A stretch of DNA of 64,000 nt from Candidatus Kapaibacterium sp. Lineage in GTDB: Bacteria > Bacteroidota > Ignavibacteria > Kapaibacteriales > UBA2268. Under the pieces are notes generated by a model that saw only the letters and a list, made by a program, of their open reading frames with translations, was not told the DNA's origin and made no database searches. The position numbers and the translations under genes were made by a program. The stretch is taken from the NCBI GenBank assembly GCA_963664875.1, contig OY761611.1:1216001-1280000 (forward strand), given 5' to 3'. This document shows positions 30,601-39,904 of the stretch, piece after piece; the stretch's first letter is position 1, and each line of letters opens with the position of its first letter.

Positions 30601-31764
30601 ATTTGTACCTTCTAAGATGAAGCCTAATCTTTCGTTCTGATCTTTTATTTTAGATATTGCTTCTACCAAATTTGTTTGATTTATAAGATAACCTCTGATT
30701 TCTTTAATGGAATTATCTACATCCCTTATGATTCTGGTATAGTCAAAAATCCAGATATATTCTCCATTGCCGTTTTTAATGCGATAGCTTTGTTCGTAGG
30801 TATTTATATCAGCTGTTATATTAAGTCTGACTTCTTCTGATACAAACTCTATATCTTCCGGATGTATAATCTCCGAGTATTTAAAATTGGGGTTGGTGAA
30901 GTCCTGCCTTGTGTATTTGAGTACTTCTTTTATGTTAGAAGAAACATATTTCACAGGCCAATTTTCACGAGACTCCCAAATAATAGTAACTACAGGCCCG
31001 GCAGAAAACAAGTCTCTTTCTGCCTGCAACTCATTCGTAATTTGTATTCTCTCAGTAATATCATGTATATACCCGTGCCACAACACAGAGCCATCAGGCA
31101 TTTTTTGAGGATTAGCAGTTCCTCTAAGCCACCTTTCGCCCTTTGATGGAAGCACTACCCGATACTCGTATTCCCATAAAGTAAGATTCTCGAAAGATAG
31201 AGCAATGCTTTTGCTGACAGCTTCGATATCATCAGGATGCAATCGCGAAAATACAATGCTCGCATCGTGTTCTACTTCTTCAGGAGTTACTTCATAGATG
31301 TCAAAAATGCCTCTGCTTGCATAAGGAAATCTTGACTTCCCATCAGGATAGTATTGGTACTGATAAATAGTACCCGGCACTTGCTTACTTAATTCATCTA
31401 ACATTAGTTCACGTGATGCTTTAGCATCTGTTCTTTTAAGAATCAGAAGCAGCTTGTCTTCAAATTTTTCAAATACAGGCTCAATATAGGATTTCAATAG
31501 TTTAGAATAGTTAATTTCTGCTTTGTAAGTGGCAAAATCATCTTGTTTGATTTTTTGAGACAGCTCTTTGTTGATATCAAATTTTAACAAAGCAGATTTC
31601 AGATCATAAAGCACTATATGTTTGATTCTGAATAGTTCGTATAAATCAGTACTTTTGTCTGCAATTACATACTCCCCGGAATCCCTGTCTTTGGAAAACA
31701 GCAAAAAAGAAGTATCTAGGTTTTTAAGCACAATATTTAGAATTAAATCAGGATTCATTAGCAT
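27688..31764 (-). CDS. Hybrid multi-PAS histidine kinase with C-terminal receiver
   Basis: Multiple PAS/PAC repeats, KSEFIANMSHEIRTPMN, GNALKF, GTGLGL and ILLVDD...VLMDLKMP receiver. Confidence 0.93.
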   Translation of the reverse strand: MLMNPDLILNIVLKNLDTSFLLFSKDRDSGEYVIADKSTDLYELFRIKHIVLYDLKSALLKFDINKELSQKIKQDDFATYKAEINYSKLLKSYIEPVFEKFEDKLLLILKRTDAKASRELMLDELSKQVPGTIYQYQYYPDGKSRFPYASRGIFDIYEVTPEEVEHDASIVFSRLHPDDIEAVSKSIALSFENLTLWEYEYRVVLPSKGERWLRGTANPQKMPDGSVLWHGYIHDITERIQITNELQAERDLFSAGPVVTIIWESRENWPVKYVSSNIKEVLKYTRQDFTNPNFKYSEIIHPEDIEFVSEEVRLNITADINTYEQSYRIKNGNGEYIWIFDYTRIIRDVDNSIKEIRGYLINQTNLVEAISKIKDQNERLGFILEGTNSGTWEWNVQTGEVIFNDRWSEIVGYTLEELSPISIETWMNLTHPEDLMRSTELIKKHFDGEIEFYELEARMKHKDGHWVWISDRGKLLSRSSNGEPLWMFGTHIDITARKEEEIENQKTKIALELAAKGTNDGLWLWNLENNSLEVSERWKEILGITQDTEINKHSDFLDLVYEEDKPILQQDIEALLKKGKSKIEIQFRMKHTDGRVIWVLSKGEIFKNEEQQHFSIGGSISDITKRKEMEDMLISSEQNFRLFFDSMDDLIFIGRPNGEIIYTNNAVEKKLGYNLEELTNLGILGVHPPEKRDEATVIFGDMINGLRDSCPLPLQAKSGHYIPVETKIWFGTWNKEDVIFGISKDLTFQQEALEKFNKLFENNPALMAVSELPSRTFAEVNSAFLDTLGYSKAEIIGKSASDIDLFVSADQQQLIASVLEKHGKISGVELDIKTKSGKILTGLFAGEIIEDQRSKYFLTVMTDITAQKKAESELLIAKQNAENANKAKSEFIANMSHEIRTPMNSILGFTELMLNTTENAQHHEYLRTVLKSGETLLHLINDILDLSKIESGKFDITHEPVSITRMIKELISMFSKSAKDKAVDLIYEIDSEVPLYIISDEIRLRQILLNLIGNALKFTEYGYVKVHFGAFENQEGRYDISIRVLDTGIGISDSFQEIIFDAFSQQSGQDSKKYAGTGLGLAITKRLCTAMGGDIQLKSKENEGSEFIVTLSNIEVSPLDSNPDDIFSWEDGEIVFEAAKILLVDDIYDNRFLLKSFLMNYNFDFIEATNGREAVEMVEKFQPDIVLMDLKMPVMSGIQATQIIKNERTQKIPKVIAITAAADWESDDYREDLFDAYLRKPVQKNQIISQLMKFLKYQIKINIKSNEDAIETDDTMFQIIPKSVSSEFRQIFGAKIDELLEMFIDDEMMLFADAFSQFAIKHKLIYWEKVAKILVEAINEYDIDKTVSIIEGIKSNFE

Positions 31765-31962
31765 CTCGTCAGAAAGAGAATTGTTTAATTAGATAATACC
31801 TCAATATAGACTAACAAGTAATTAAACTATTGAAAAGTAGAATGGTAGTTTTGGTAGTTACTTGAGAAAAGCAAATTTGAATAAATCAGTCATTTTGTAA
31901 ATAAATCTAATACGGTATTTCGAGTTACATCTTGGATATGAAACACTCCCTATCCCTCATCT

Positions 31963-32008
31963 ACTAAATAAAAAAGCTGACTTTTGTAGGTCAGCTTTTT
32001 TATTTAGT
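31963..32008 (-). terminator. Intrinsic terminator of nuoC
   Basis: Perfect 19-bp inverted repeat ACTAAATAAAAAAGCTGAC/GTCAGCTTTTTTATTTAGT just downstream of the nuoC stop. Confidence 0.85.
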
Positions 32009-32016
32009 CTCAATAT

Positions 32017-32547
32017 TTACTGTAATTCGCCGTATTTTTCCGGGAATGGCGGCAACGGAAGCGAATCCGGTACTCCCATTAACGGAAAATCTTTTCTTAA
32101 TGGATGCAATGGTTCTCCGGTTTCAGGATCATTAAAATCTTCAGGCATATAAAAACGCCTCAAACCCGGATGTCCCTCAAATTTTATCCCATACATATCG
32201 AATGTTTCTCTTTCGTACCAATTGGCACTTTCCCAAACGTCAGTAAGAGTGTGTACCACAGGATCCTTTTCCTGAAGTACTACTTTCAGCCTCAATCTTT
32301 CAGCATGCTTAATTGAATAGAGAATATACACAACATTAAACCTATCCTTTTTCTCATACCAGTCTATCCCTGTTACGTCTAAAAGCTGTTCAAATGAAGT
32401 CAGCGGATTGTCGCGCAGCTCTTTTGCTACTTCTACTAACTTTTCTTTTGGTAAAATTAGTGTTAGCTGGTCTCTATGTTCGTAAGTTTCAAGTTCAGGA
32501 CATACGGACTTCGCAACTTCAATCATTGTCTCTCTTTCGATAGCCAT
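32017..32547 (-). CDS. nuoC: NADH-quinone oxidoreductase subunit C
   Basis: LLDVTGID, RF.VVY.LYS, ANWYERETFDMYGI.F.GHP and HPLRKDFPL motifs. Confidence 0.95.
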   Translation of the reverse strand: MAIERETMIEVAKSVCPELETYEHRDQLTLILPKEKLVEVAKELRDNPLTSFEQLLDVTGIDWYEKKDRFNVVYILYSIKHAERLRLKVVLQEKDPVVHTLTDVWESANWYERETFDMYGIKFEGHPGLRRFYMPEDFNDPETGEPLHPLRKDFPLMGVPDSLPLPPFPEKYGELQ

Positions 32548-32677
32548 TTGAAATCCCTGTTGGTAATAAAATAATACATGAGCTTGCTGAACTGACAGCA
32601 ATATAAAAAAAAAATTTATTCTAAAAAGAAGTTTTGCTATGTTTGGTAATTATTATTTGTTCAATTATCCAAGTCGC

Positions 32678-34306
32678 ATGATGATAAAAGTACAAAAAGC
32701 CATTTTATTGTTGATTTTACTTACTATCTCTTCTTATTTTTCGTACTCAAAAGACGAAAAAGCCAAGGTTTCATTATCTACGCCACACAATACCGTAAAA
32801 ACTCATTTGATTTTTTTGCAGGAAAACAACTGGTTCCCCGATTTAGCTGCAAAATCTCTCTACGGACTTAATCCTAAAAAAGAAGATTCTCAGCAGCTGG
32901 CAATTAAGCTCAAAGAAATAATGGATGCAAGACAGCTTTATGTTATAATGAACAATGTCCCTGATGATGCTAACTATAAGGATTCCATTTCCGGACAATC
33001 AAAATATATTCTTTTCAAAAGTGTACCCAATATTTATGTTGAGAAAATTTCAGGTAAGTGGTTTTACTCTAAAGAAACTGTTGCTTCTATCGAAGATTTA
33101 TATGCAGAGACATTCCCATTTGCTACTCCGGATATGATAGAAAACTTACCCCCATTTTTCAGAGAAAAATTATTCAATATAGAAGTTTGGCAAATTATTG
33201 GAATTGCTCTGTTTTTCATTGTATCTGTCGTCATATTCAAGCTCTTGACTTGGATTTTCGGATTTTTACTTGCAAAAATCTTTGCAAAATTTGCCAAAGA
33301 AGAATTATTCTCGCGTTATATCAATCCGGTGGCTGAACCTATAAGCCTTGTAGCTATCATAATATTTTGGATAGTTTTTCTTCCTATGCTAATGCTTCCG
33401 ATAAAAGTCGGCTACTATATCTCGATGTTCTTCAATGCTTCATATCCGCTGATCATTACTGTTATAGCATTCAGACTCTCTGACCTTGTGGCAGATATTT
33501 TTGAGCGCTTTGCAAGTAAAACAGCTACCACAGTAGATGACAACATGGTACCTTTGGTAAGAAAGACATTGAAAATAATTGTTGGAGTGCTTGGTATTAT
33601 CTATTTCTTTGAGAACATAGGTATATCCATAACTCCTTTGCTTGCTGGTGTTTCTATAGGTGGATTAGCTTTTGCTCTTGCGGCACAGGATACAGTTAAA
33701 AATTTGTTTGGTTCTTTGACTATCTTTACCGACCAACCGTTTGAGGTAGGCGATTGGATAGTATTTTCAGGAACTGAAGGGACTGTGGAGCAGGTTGGTA
33801 TTCGCTCCACACGAGTGCGAACATTCTATAACTCTCTGATTTCCATCCCTAACGGCAAACTTGCTGACAGTTTGATCGATAACATGGGGAAACGTGAATT
33901 CAGACGATATAACACAAAACTTACAATCACCTATGATACTCCGCCGGAGCTAATTGATGTCTTTGTCGAAGGTTTGAAAACAATAGTCCTCAATCACCCA
34001 AAAACAAGAAAAGATTACTTTCAGATACATCTGAATGGCTTTGGGGCATCATCTTTGGAAATATTATTCTATATTTTCTTTGAGGTAGCAGATTGGACAG
34101 AAGAATTAGAAGCCAGACATCAAATTATTAGCGAAATATTGCGACTCGCAGCTGAACTAAATGTTAGATTTGCTTTCCCAACTGAGACTCATTTTATTGA
34201 AGAATTCCCAGGCAATGGAAGTCTTACGCCGAAATACAGCAATAATAAAAACGAGTTCGAAGCGAAGATGAGAAATTACTTCGACAGACGCAATCCTCAG
34301 AAGTAA
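32678..34306 (+). CDS. mscS: Small-conductance mechanosensitive channel with periplasmic N-terminal domain
   Basis: GGLAFALAAQDTVKNLFG, PFEVGDWI, GTVEQVGIRSTRVRT, IPNG and FAFPT motifs. Confidence 0.92.
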   Translation: MMIKVQKAILLLILLTISSYFSYSKDEKAKVSLSTPHNTVKTHLIFLQENNWFPDLAAKSLYGLNPKKEDSQQLAIKLKEIMDARQLYVIMNNVPDDANYKDSISGQSKYILFKSVPNIYVEKISGKWFYSKETVASIEDLYAETFPFATPDMIENLPPFFREKLFNIEVWQIIGIALFFIVSVVIFKLLTWIFGFLLAKIFAKFAKEELFSRYINPVAEPISLVAIIIFWIVFLPMLMLPIKVGYYISMFFNASYPLIITVIAFRLSDLVADIFERFASKTATTVDDNMVPLVRKTLKIIVGVLGIIYFFENIGISITPLLAGVSIGGLAFALAAQDTVKNLFGSLTIFTDQPFEVGDWIVFSGTEGTVEQVGIRSTRVRTFYNSLISIPNGKLADSLIDNMGKREFRRYNTKLTITYDTPPELIDVFVEGLKTIVLNHPKTRKDYFQIHLNGFGASSLEILFYIFFEVADWTEELEARHQIISEILRLAAELNVRFAFPTETHFIEEFPGNGSLTPKYSNNKNEFEAKMRNYFDRRNPQK

Positions 34307-34333
34307 AAAACTAAAAAAGATAGAAATTAAACA

Positions 34334-34376
34334 CAAAACCCATTTTCACCTTCAAAAAAGAAGAAAATGGGTTTTG
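34334..34376. terminator. Bidirectional terminator
   Basis: CAAAACCCATTTTC...GAAAATGGGTTTTG between convergent mscS and glgP. Confidence 0.75.
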
Positions 34377-34400
34377 CTTGATTTCTCTTGGAGAATATAT

Positions 34401-36956
34401 TTATGCCCAATGGCATAGATATAATTCTGCAGGATCTTCCATTAGGCCATGAGCAGGCAGGATTCTAATTGTATAGCCCTGCATACCGGTTTCACTGCAA
34501 ACATAGGCACCTTCGTAGAGGTGATAATTATTTTCAGAACGAACCAAACTTAAATGAGAAACTTTGGTCTCTACCAAATCCCCATGATGATTGACTCCAC
34601 CATGATAAATCTGCACAACCACATCTTTTGGCTCTAAATTACCTAAGGAAACAGTTGCTGTTACTCCGATTTCTTTCCCCACATTCGCCTGCATAGTTTG
34701 ATCTTTCATTGCAGTATCTATTACTTCCACATCTTTCCAAGAAGCCCGCACCTTTTCTTTCCATACTTTTAACTGTTTAGCATTTACAGCATCATTTTCG
34801 GTCAGCTGCTGGTAGCGGTCTAAAGCAGGAATATAAAAATGAGTAGCATAGTCTTTTACCATTCTGTGAGTAGAAAATCTACCGGCTATAGTTTTGATAG
34901 CATTTTTCATTAGTTCAGCCCATTTATCGGGTACTCTGCTGAGACTTCTGTCATAAAACAGAGGTTTTATTGTATTTTCGAGAAGATTATAAATAATATC
35001 AGATTCTATCAGAGCAGTTTCTTCGTTATTTTCTCTTTCTTCTCTGTCGCCAATAGCAAATCCGTTTTTGCTGTTATATGCCTCGTCCCACCAGCCATCA
35101 AGAATAGATAGATTGAGAGTACCATTGAGTGCAGCTTTCATTCCGCTGGTACCGCTTGCTTCCATCGGCCTGATAGGATTATTAAGCCAAACATCTGCAC
35201 CTTTGACCAAAAGACGGGCAATTACCATATCATAATCTTCTAAAAAGACAACGTGTTTTTCTAATTTATAGTCACGAATTTTCTGAATTATAGATTGGAT
35301 TACCTCTTTTCCGGCAGTATCATGAGGGTGAGCTTTACCAGCCAAGATAATCTGCACAGGTCTTTCAGGATCTTTCAAAATTGCCGAAAGACGCTTCATA
35401 TCACGGAATAGAAGTGCTGCTCTTTTGTATGTAGCAAATCTTCTCGCAAAGCCAATTGTCAGAGCATCAGGATTTAAAAATTCGTTGATTTTATTTATCT
35501 GATTAGGCAACAAAAATGCTCTTTGTTTTGTTTTGAGATACTCTCTTGTAAACAATACCAATCTGACGCGTCTTCTTTGTTTTTCTCGCCAGATTTCTTC
35601 TCCGGGAATATTATCAACCTGATCCCAAATTGCCTGATTGTCCGTATCAGAGCGCCAGCTGAAAGGTAAATATCTATCATACAACTCTTCAAATTCACGC
35701 GCTATCCATGTTAAAGTATGGATACCGTTTGTGATACCTCGAATAGGTACTTCATCTACCGGGAAGCATTTCCATATTTTGTGCCACATTTCTCTGGAAA
35801 CTCTACCGTGTAACTCACTAACACCATTGTGATATGAGGTCATTTTTAGCCCAAGAACAGTCATAGAGAAACTTTCGTTAGGATTATATCCCTGCATTTG
35901 CCCAAGACCTATAAACTCCTCCCACGTAAGTCCTATGGTTTCTGCATAATGCTTTAGGTAATTGCCCATTCTGTCAAGATGGAATGCTTCATTACCTGCA
36001 GGAACAGGTGTGTGAGTAGTAAATACAGAACTGCCTTTTGTTATTTGCTTAGCAGTTTGGAAATCGACATTATATTTCTTCATAAACATATATGTACGTT
36101 CGAGTAAAGCAAATGCGGCATGACCTTCGTTTATATGAATTACATCCGGATTGATACCTATAGCAGCAAGAGCCCTCATACCACCAACACCAAGAAGTAT
36201 TTCCTGCTGTATCCTTGTGTCTCTGGTGCCGCCATAAAGCTGGTTTGTAATTTCGCGATACTCTTCGATACCATTCAATTCAATATTAGTATCTAACATA
36301 AACAGTGTAACATTACCTGCGTCTAAGCACCATATTTGAGCAAATGCTTTGCCATAAGGCATATTAACATCAATAATGATTGGTTCGCCATTGTCATGCT
36401 TCATCAGTACAAGAGGCAAAGAGTAAAAATCATTGTAATTATACAATTCATTTTGCCATCCATTTTGAGTAAGATGTTGGCGAAAATATCCCTGCTGATA
36501 GAGCAGCCCAACACCCACAAGCGGCAAACCAAGATCTGAGGCAGATTTTAAGTGGTCACCTGCAAGTACGCCAAGACCACCTGAATAGTTAGGAAAACTC
36601 TCATTGATTCCATATTCAGGACTAAAATACGCAATCTTGCCTTTCCTGTAGTTTTCGTTTTTGTGGAACCATTTTTTACCGGAGATATAATTTTGAAACT
36701 CAACGTAAACGCTATCAAGGAATCTTACAAAATCGTCCTGTTCTGAAAGAGTTTTCAATTTTTCCTGCGATAAGCGATTGATAAGCATGACAGGGTTATG
36801 ATGAACATCTTTCCATATTTGTCTATCCATTCTTTGGAATAGCTCTCTTGCATCAGAATTCCAACACCACCAATAATTATAAGCTAACTCTCGCAGCTTA
36901 GATATTTTCTCTGGCAGTTTGGCAGTAACGACAAAACTATGTACGGGTTTCATCAA
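34401..36956 (-). CDS. glgP: Alpha-glucan (glycogen/starch) phosphorylase
   Basis: YSGGLGVLAGD, HINEGH, FARRFATYKR and EASGTSGMKA (PLP lysine) motifs. Confidence 0.96.
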   Translation of the reverse strand: MMKPVHSFVVTAKLPEKISKLRELAYNYWWCWNSDARELFQRMDRQIWKDVHHNPVMLINRLSQEKLKTLSEQDDFVRFLDSVYVEFQNYISGKKWFHKNENYRKGKIAYFSPEYGINESFPNYSGGLGVLAGDHLKSASDLGLPLVGVGLLYQQGYFRQHLTQNGWQNELYNYNDFYSLPLVLMKHDNGEPIIIDVNMPYGKAFAQIWCLDAGNVTLFMLDTNIELNGIEEYREITNQLYGGTRDTRIQQEILLGVGGMRALAAIGINPDVIHINEGHAAFALLERTYMFMKKYNVDFQTAKQITKGSSVFTTHTPVPAGNEAFHLDRMGNYLKHYAETIGLTWEEFIGLGQMQGYNPNESFSMTVLGLKMTSYHNGVSELHGRVSREMWHKIWKCFPVDEVPIRGITNGIHTLTWIAREFEELYDRYLPFSWRSDTDNQAIWDQVDNIPGEEIWREKQRRRVRLVLFTREYLKTKQRAFLLPNQINKINEFLNPDALTIGFARRFATYKRAALLFRDMKRLSAILKDPERPVQIILAGKAHPHDTAGKEVIQSIIQKIRDYKLEKHVVFLEDYDMVIARLLVKGADVWLNNPIRPMEASGTSGMKAALNGTLNLSILDGWWDEAYNSKNGFAIGDREERENNEETALIESDIIYNLLENTIKPLFYDRSLSRVPDKWAELMKNAIKTIAGRFSTHRMVKDYATHFYIPALDRYQQLTENDAVNAKQLKVWKEKVRASWKDVEVIDTAMKDQTMQANVGKEIGVTATVSLGNLEPKDVVVQIYHGGVNHHGDLVETKVSHLSLVRSENNYHLYEGAYVCSETGMQGYTIRILPAHGLMEDPAELYLCHWA

Positions 36957-37020
36957 TTTTCTCCGGAATTTATTTGAACATTTTTAGTATCTTTACTTAA
37001 AAAACTCATTAGGAAAAGCA

Positions 37021-37659
37021 ATGGTAACTAAGGTCTATAACTCCAAAACAAACAAAAATGAAGCCATATCGCAAGCAATTTTGGCTCTAAAAAGCAATGA
37101 AGCTATAGTCTTCCCCACCGAAACCGTCTATGGCATCGGAGCATGTATTTTTGACGTGGCAGCTGTAGAAAAAGTGTTTCAGATTAAAAACCGACCATTG
37201 GATAAGCCAATGGCAGCTCATGTTTCGTCATTGGAACAGGTCAAACTGTTATCGGATAATATTCCTGATTTATTTTACCTCCTTGCAGAAAGTTTTTTAC
37301 CCGGTCCATTGTCTTTAATAATTCCGAAAAATGAAAATATTTCCGATGTGGTTACTGCCGGATTTAAGACAATCGGCATCAGATTCCCATCTAACGAAGT
37401 TTGCAGAGAAATAATTGATTTGTATGGTGCACCGCTTGCAGCCACCTCTGCAAATATTTCAGGAGGAAGCTCTCCGCAGACGGCGATTGATGCTTTATCG
37501 GATTTGGACGGATTAGTCTCATGTGTCATAGATGACGGTGAAACGACATACCGCAAAGATTCCACTGTTTTGGATATTTCCGGTTCGAGTCCAAGATTAT
37601 TAAGAGAAGGCGTAATCTCCAAAATTGAACTTGAAGATTTTTTAGGGTGTAATATTTAG
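37021..37659 (+). CDS. tsaC: L-threonylcarbamoyladenylate synthase (TsaC/Sua5, YrdC domain)
   Basis: FPTETVYG, K.RP..KP, PGPLS, ATSANISG and STVLD motifs. Confidence 0.93.
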   Translation: MVTKVYNSKTNKNEAISQAILALKSNEAIVFPTETVYGIGACIFDVAAVEKVFQIKNRPLDKPMAAHVSSLEQVKLLSDNIPDLFYLLAESFLPGPLSLIIPKNENISDVVTAGFKTIGIRFPSNEVCREIIDLYGAPLAATSANISGGSSPQTAIDALSDLDGLVSCVIDDGETTYRKDSTVLDISGSSPRLLREGVISKIELEDFLGCNI

Positions 37660-37755
37660 GTACAAGTTGCTTAAGTGTATTATATATTTAAGTAGGATTT
37701 TTCGATTTTTTATCATATTTTAAATGACTTTTGATAATATTATGACTCCCCGGGA

Positions 37756-38022
37756 ATGAAAGAAGTAGAAATTACAGTTTTAAACAGAGCCGGTTTGCAC
37801 ACTCGACCGGCAGCGACTTTAGTTAAACTTTCTGCTAAATTCAAATGTGATTTGCAACTTATCAGAGACGGTTTTCCTATCAATGCAAAAAGTATCATCG
37901 GAGTAATGACTTTGGCTGCTGAGCAGGGGTGCAAGCTAATGCTGAGAGCTGACGGCAGCGACGAAGAAGACGCAGTTGCGGAAATATCAAAATTATTTGA
38001 GAGTGGATTTGGTGAAATTTAA
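37756..38022 (+). CDS. ptsH: Phosphocarrier protein HPr
   Basis: GLHTRPA (His15) and NAKSIIGVMTL (Ser46) motifs. Confidence 0.96.
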   Translation: MKEVEITVLNRAGLHTRPAATLVKLSAKFKCDLQLIRDGFPINAKSIIGVMTLAAEQGCKLMLRADGSDEEDAVAEISKLFESGFGEI

Positions 38023-38035
38023 GTAGGTAAGCAAA

Positions 38036-39805
38036 GTGGTTGAAGATTTTAACCTAAAAGTTCCATCTGTTCAGCGTTATTCTATTAAAACTTCTGAACA
38101 GAAAATTTATAAAGGTATCCCCTCCTCATCGGGCATAATGATAGGAAGGGCTGTGGTTATTCAACCTGAAAGTATTATTATACCCGAACACACTTTGCAG
38201 GCAGAACAGATTGACGACGAAATTAAACGCTTTAACTCGGCTCTAGATGCTTATAAAAATGACTTGAACAGAGTAATTGCAAATGTAAAAAATGATGAAG
38301 CTAATCTTTCTGCGATAATCGAATCTAATGTACTGATGCTGGAAGATCCTTCTCTGACAATGCCTATAGAAAACAATATCAAGTCAGGATATACAGCTGA
38401 AAGTTCCATTGTTTCTGCTATTGATAAGCTAAAATCATTCTTCAAAACCACTAAAGATGCAATTCTGCAGGAAAGAATCTTTGAATTGGATAATATTAAA
38501 AAAGGGCTTCTTGCTACCCTCCGCAACCAATGTTTTTATTATGCAGTTGCCAAAGACGCAATAGTCATTGCTAAATCACTTACCCCCACTGACGTAATCA
38601 ATTTTAGAGATGCCGGGGTAAAGGCATTTGTTACAGAAATCGGCGGCATTGCCTCTCACTCATCTATTCTGGCTCGAAGTTTTGAACTGCCTGAAGTAAT
38701 CGGTGTTCTTAACTCGACTGACAATATTAAAGACGGAGACTATGTGATAGTAGATGGCTATACCGGTCAGGTTATAGTCAACCCAACATCAAGAATACTT
38801 GAATCATTCCAACGAAAAAAATCTGCAGAAGAGGAACATAAAAGAGAACTCGGCGAAATCATAAACTTAAATACTGAGACTTTAGACGGTAAAAGATGCC
38901 ATCTGTATGCTAATGTAGATTTGCCGGAAGAAGCTCGTGCTGCTTTCCTATGGGGAGCCGAAGGTATAGGACTTTTCCGCTCAGAGTCATTGATAGTAAG
39001 TCTTGGATATTTCCCAAGTGAGCGAGAACAGTTTGATTTCTACAAACAACTTTCGGACACTGCATACCCCAAAGAATTGACAATCAGAGCTTTCGACGTC
39101 GGATCTGACAAATGGGCTGAAGGTTTACCAACCAGAGAAGACAACCCTGCATTAGGTTTTAGGGGGATAAGATTTTTACTCACAAGAAAAGATCTTTTCA
39201 AGATTCAAATACGAGCTATCCTCAGAGCTTCCATAAACAAAAATATACGTTTTATGTTGCCGATGATTTCTTCGGTACAGGAATTGCAGACAGCACACAG
39301 CATCATAGCTGATGTAAAAAATGAACTTGACTTAGCTGATATTGCATACGATACCCAAATGCCAATAGGCATAATGATAGAAACTCCTGCGGCTGTCCTT
39401 CTTGCTGAAGATTTGGCAAAGTATGCTGACTTTTTCAGCATTGGTACTAATGATTTAACTCAATATACTGTCGCTGCTGATAGAACAAATGACCTTGTTT
39501 CCAATGTTTTTGATACTTTCAATCCGGCAGTTATCAGACTCATCAAAATGGCTATAGACGCAGCTAAAGCAAATAATATACCTATCGGAATTTGTGGTGA
39601 ATTTGCAGGACACGCTGCCTCCACAGCAATACTTATTGGTTTAGGTATAGATGAACTTTCGGTAGCCCCTCCTATTTTACTTGAAACTAAAAACAGAATT
39701 CGAAGTTTAAATTATGCTGAAGCAAACGAAATAGCAAATCAGACACTTGCTTGCTCCACCAGCTCTGAAATTAGTAATATTTTGGACAAAATAATCACAG
39801 AATAA
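38036..39805 (+). CDS. ptsI: PEP-protein phosphotransferase (PTS enzyme I)
   Basis: GGIASHSSILARS phospho-His, GIGLFRSE, ENPALGFRGIR-like, MIETPAA, SIGTNDLTQY and ICGE motifs. Confidence 0.96.
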   Translation: MVEDFNLKVPSVQRYSIKTSEQKIYKGIPSSSGIMIGRAVVIQPESIIIPEHTLQAEQIDDEIKRFNSALDAYKNDLNRVIANVKNDEANLSAIIESNVLMLEDPSLTMPIENNIKSGYTAESSIVSAIDKLKSFFKTTKDAILQERIFELDNIKKGLLATLRNQCFYYAVAKDAIVIAKSLTPTDVINFRDAGVKAFVTEIGGIASHSSILARSFELPEVIGVLNSTDNIKDGDYVIVDGYTGQVIVNPTSRILESFQRKKSAEEEHKRELGEIINLNTETLDGKRCHLYANVDLPEEARAAFLWGAEGIGLFRSESLIVSLGYFPSEREQFDFYKQLSDTAYPKELTIRAFDVGSDKWAEGLPTREDNPALGFRGIRFLLTRKDLFKIQIRAILRASINKNIRFMLPMISSVQELQTAHSIIADVKNELDLADIAYDTQMPIGIMIETPAAVLLAEDLAKYADFFSIGTNDLTQYTVAADRTNDLVSNVFDTFNPAVIRLIKMAIDAAKANNIPIGICGEFAGHAASTAILIGLGIDELSVAPPILLETKNRIRSLNYAEANEIANQTLACSTSSEISNILDKIITE

Positions 39806-39840
39806 CATTTTTACTTTCAACCTTCGACTGCACAAAAACC

Positions 39841-39872
39841 AAAAAAAAGCTGCCCGAAAAAATCCGAGCAGC
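39841..39872 (-). terminator. Intrinsic terminator ending the leftward cytochrome-rhodanese operon
   Basis: On the minus strand GCTGCTCG-loop-CGGGCAGC followed by T8. Confidence 0.75.
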
Positions 39873-39904
39873 CTATAAAAACTTAATATCATAAAGTAAT
39901 GAGC

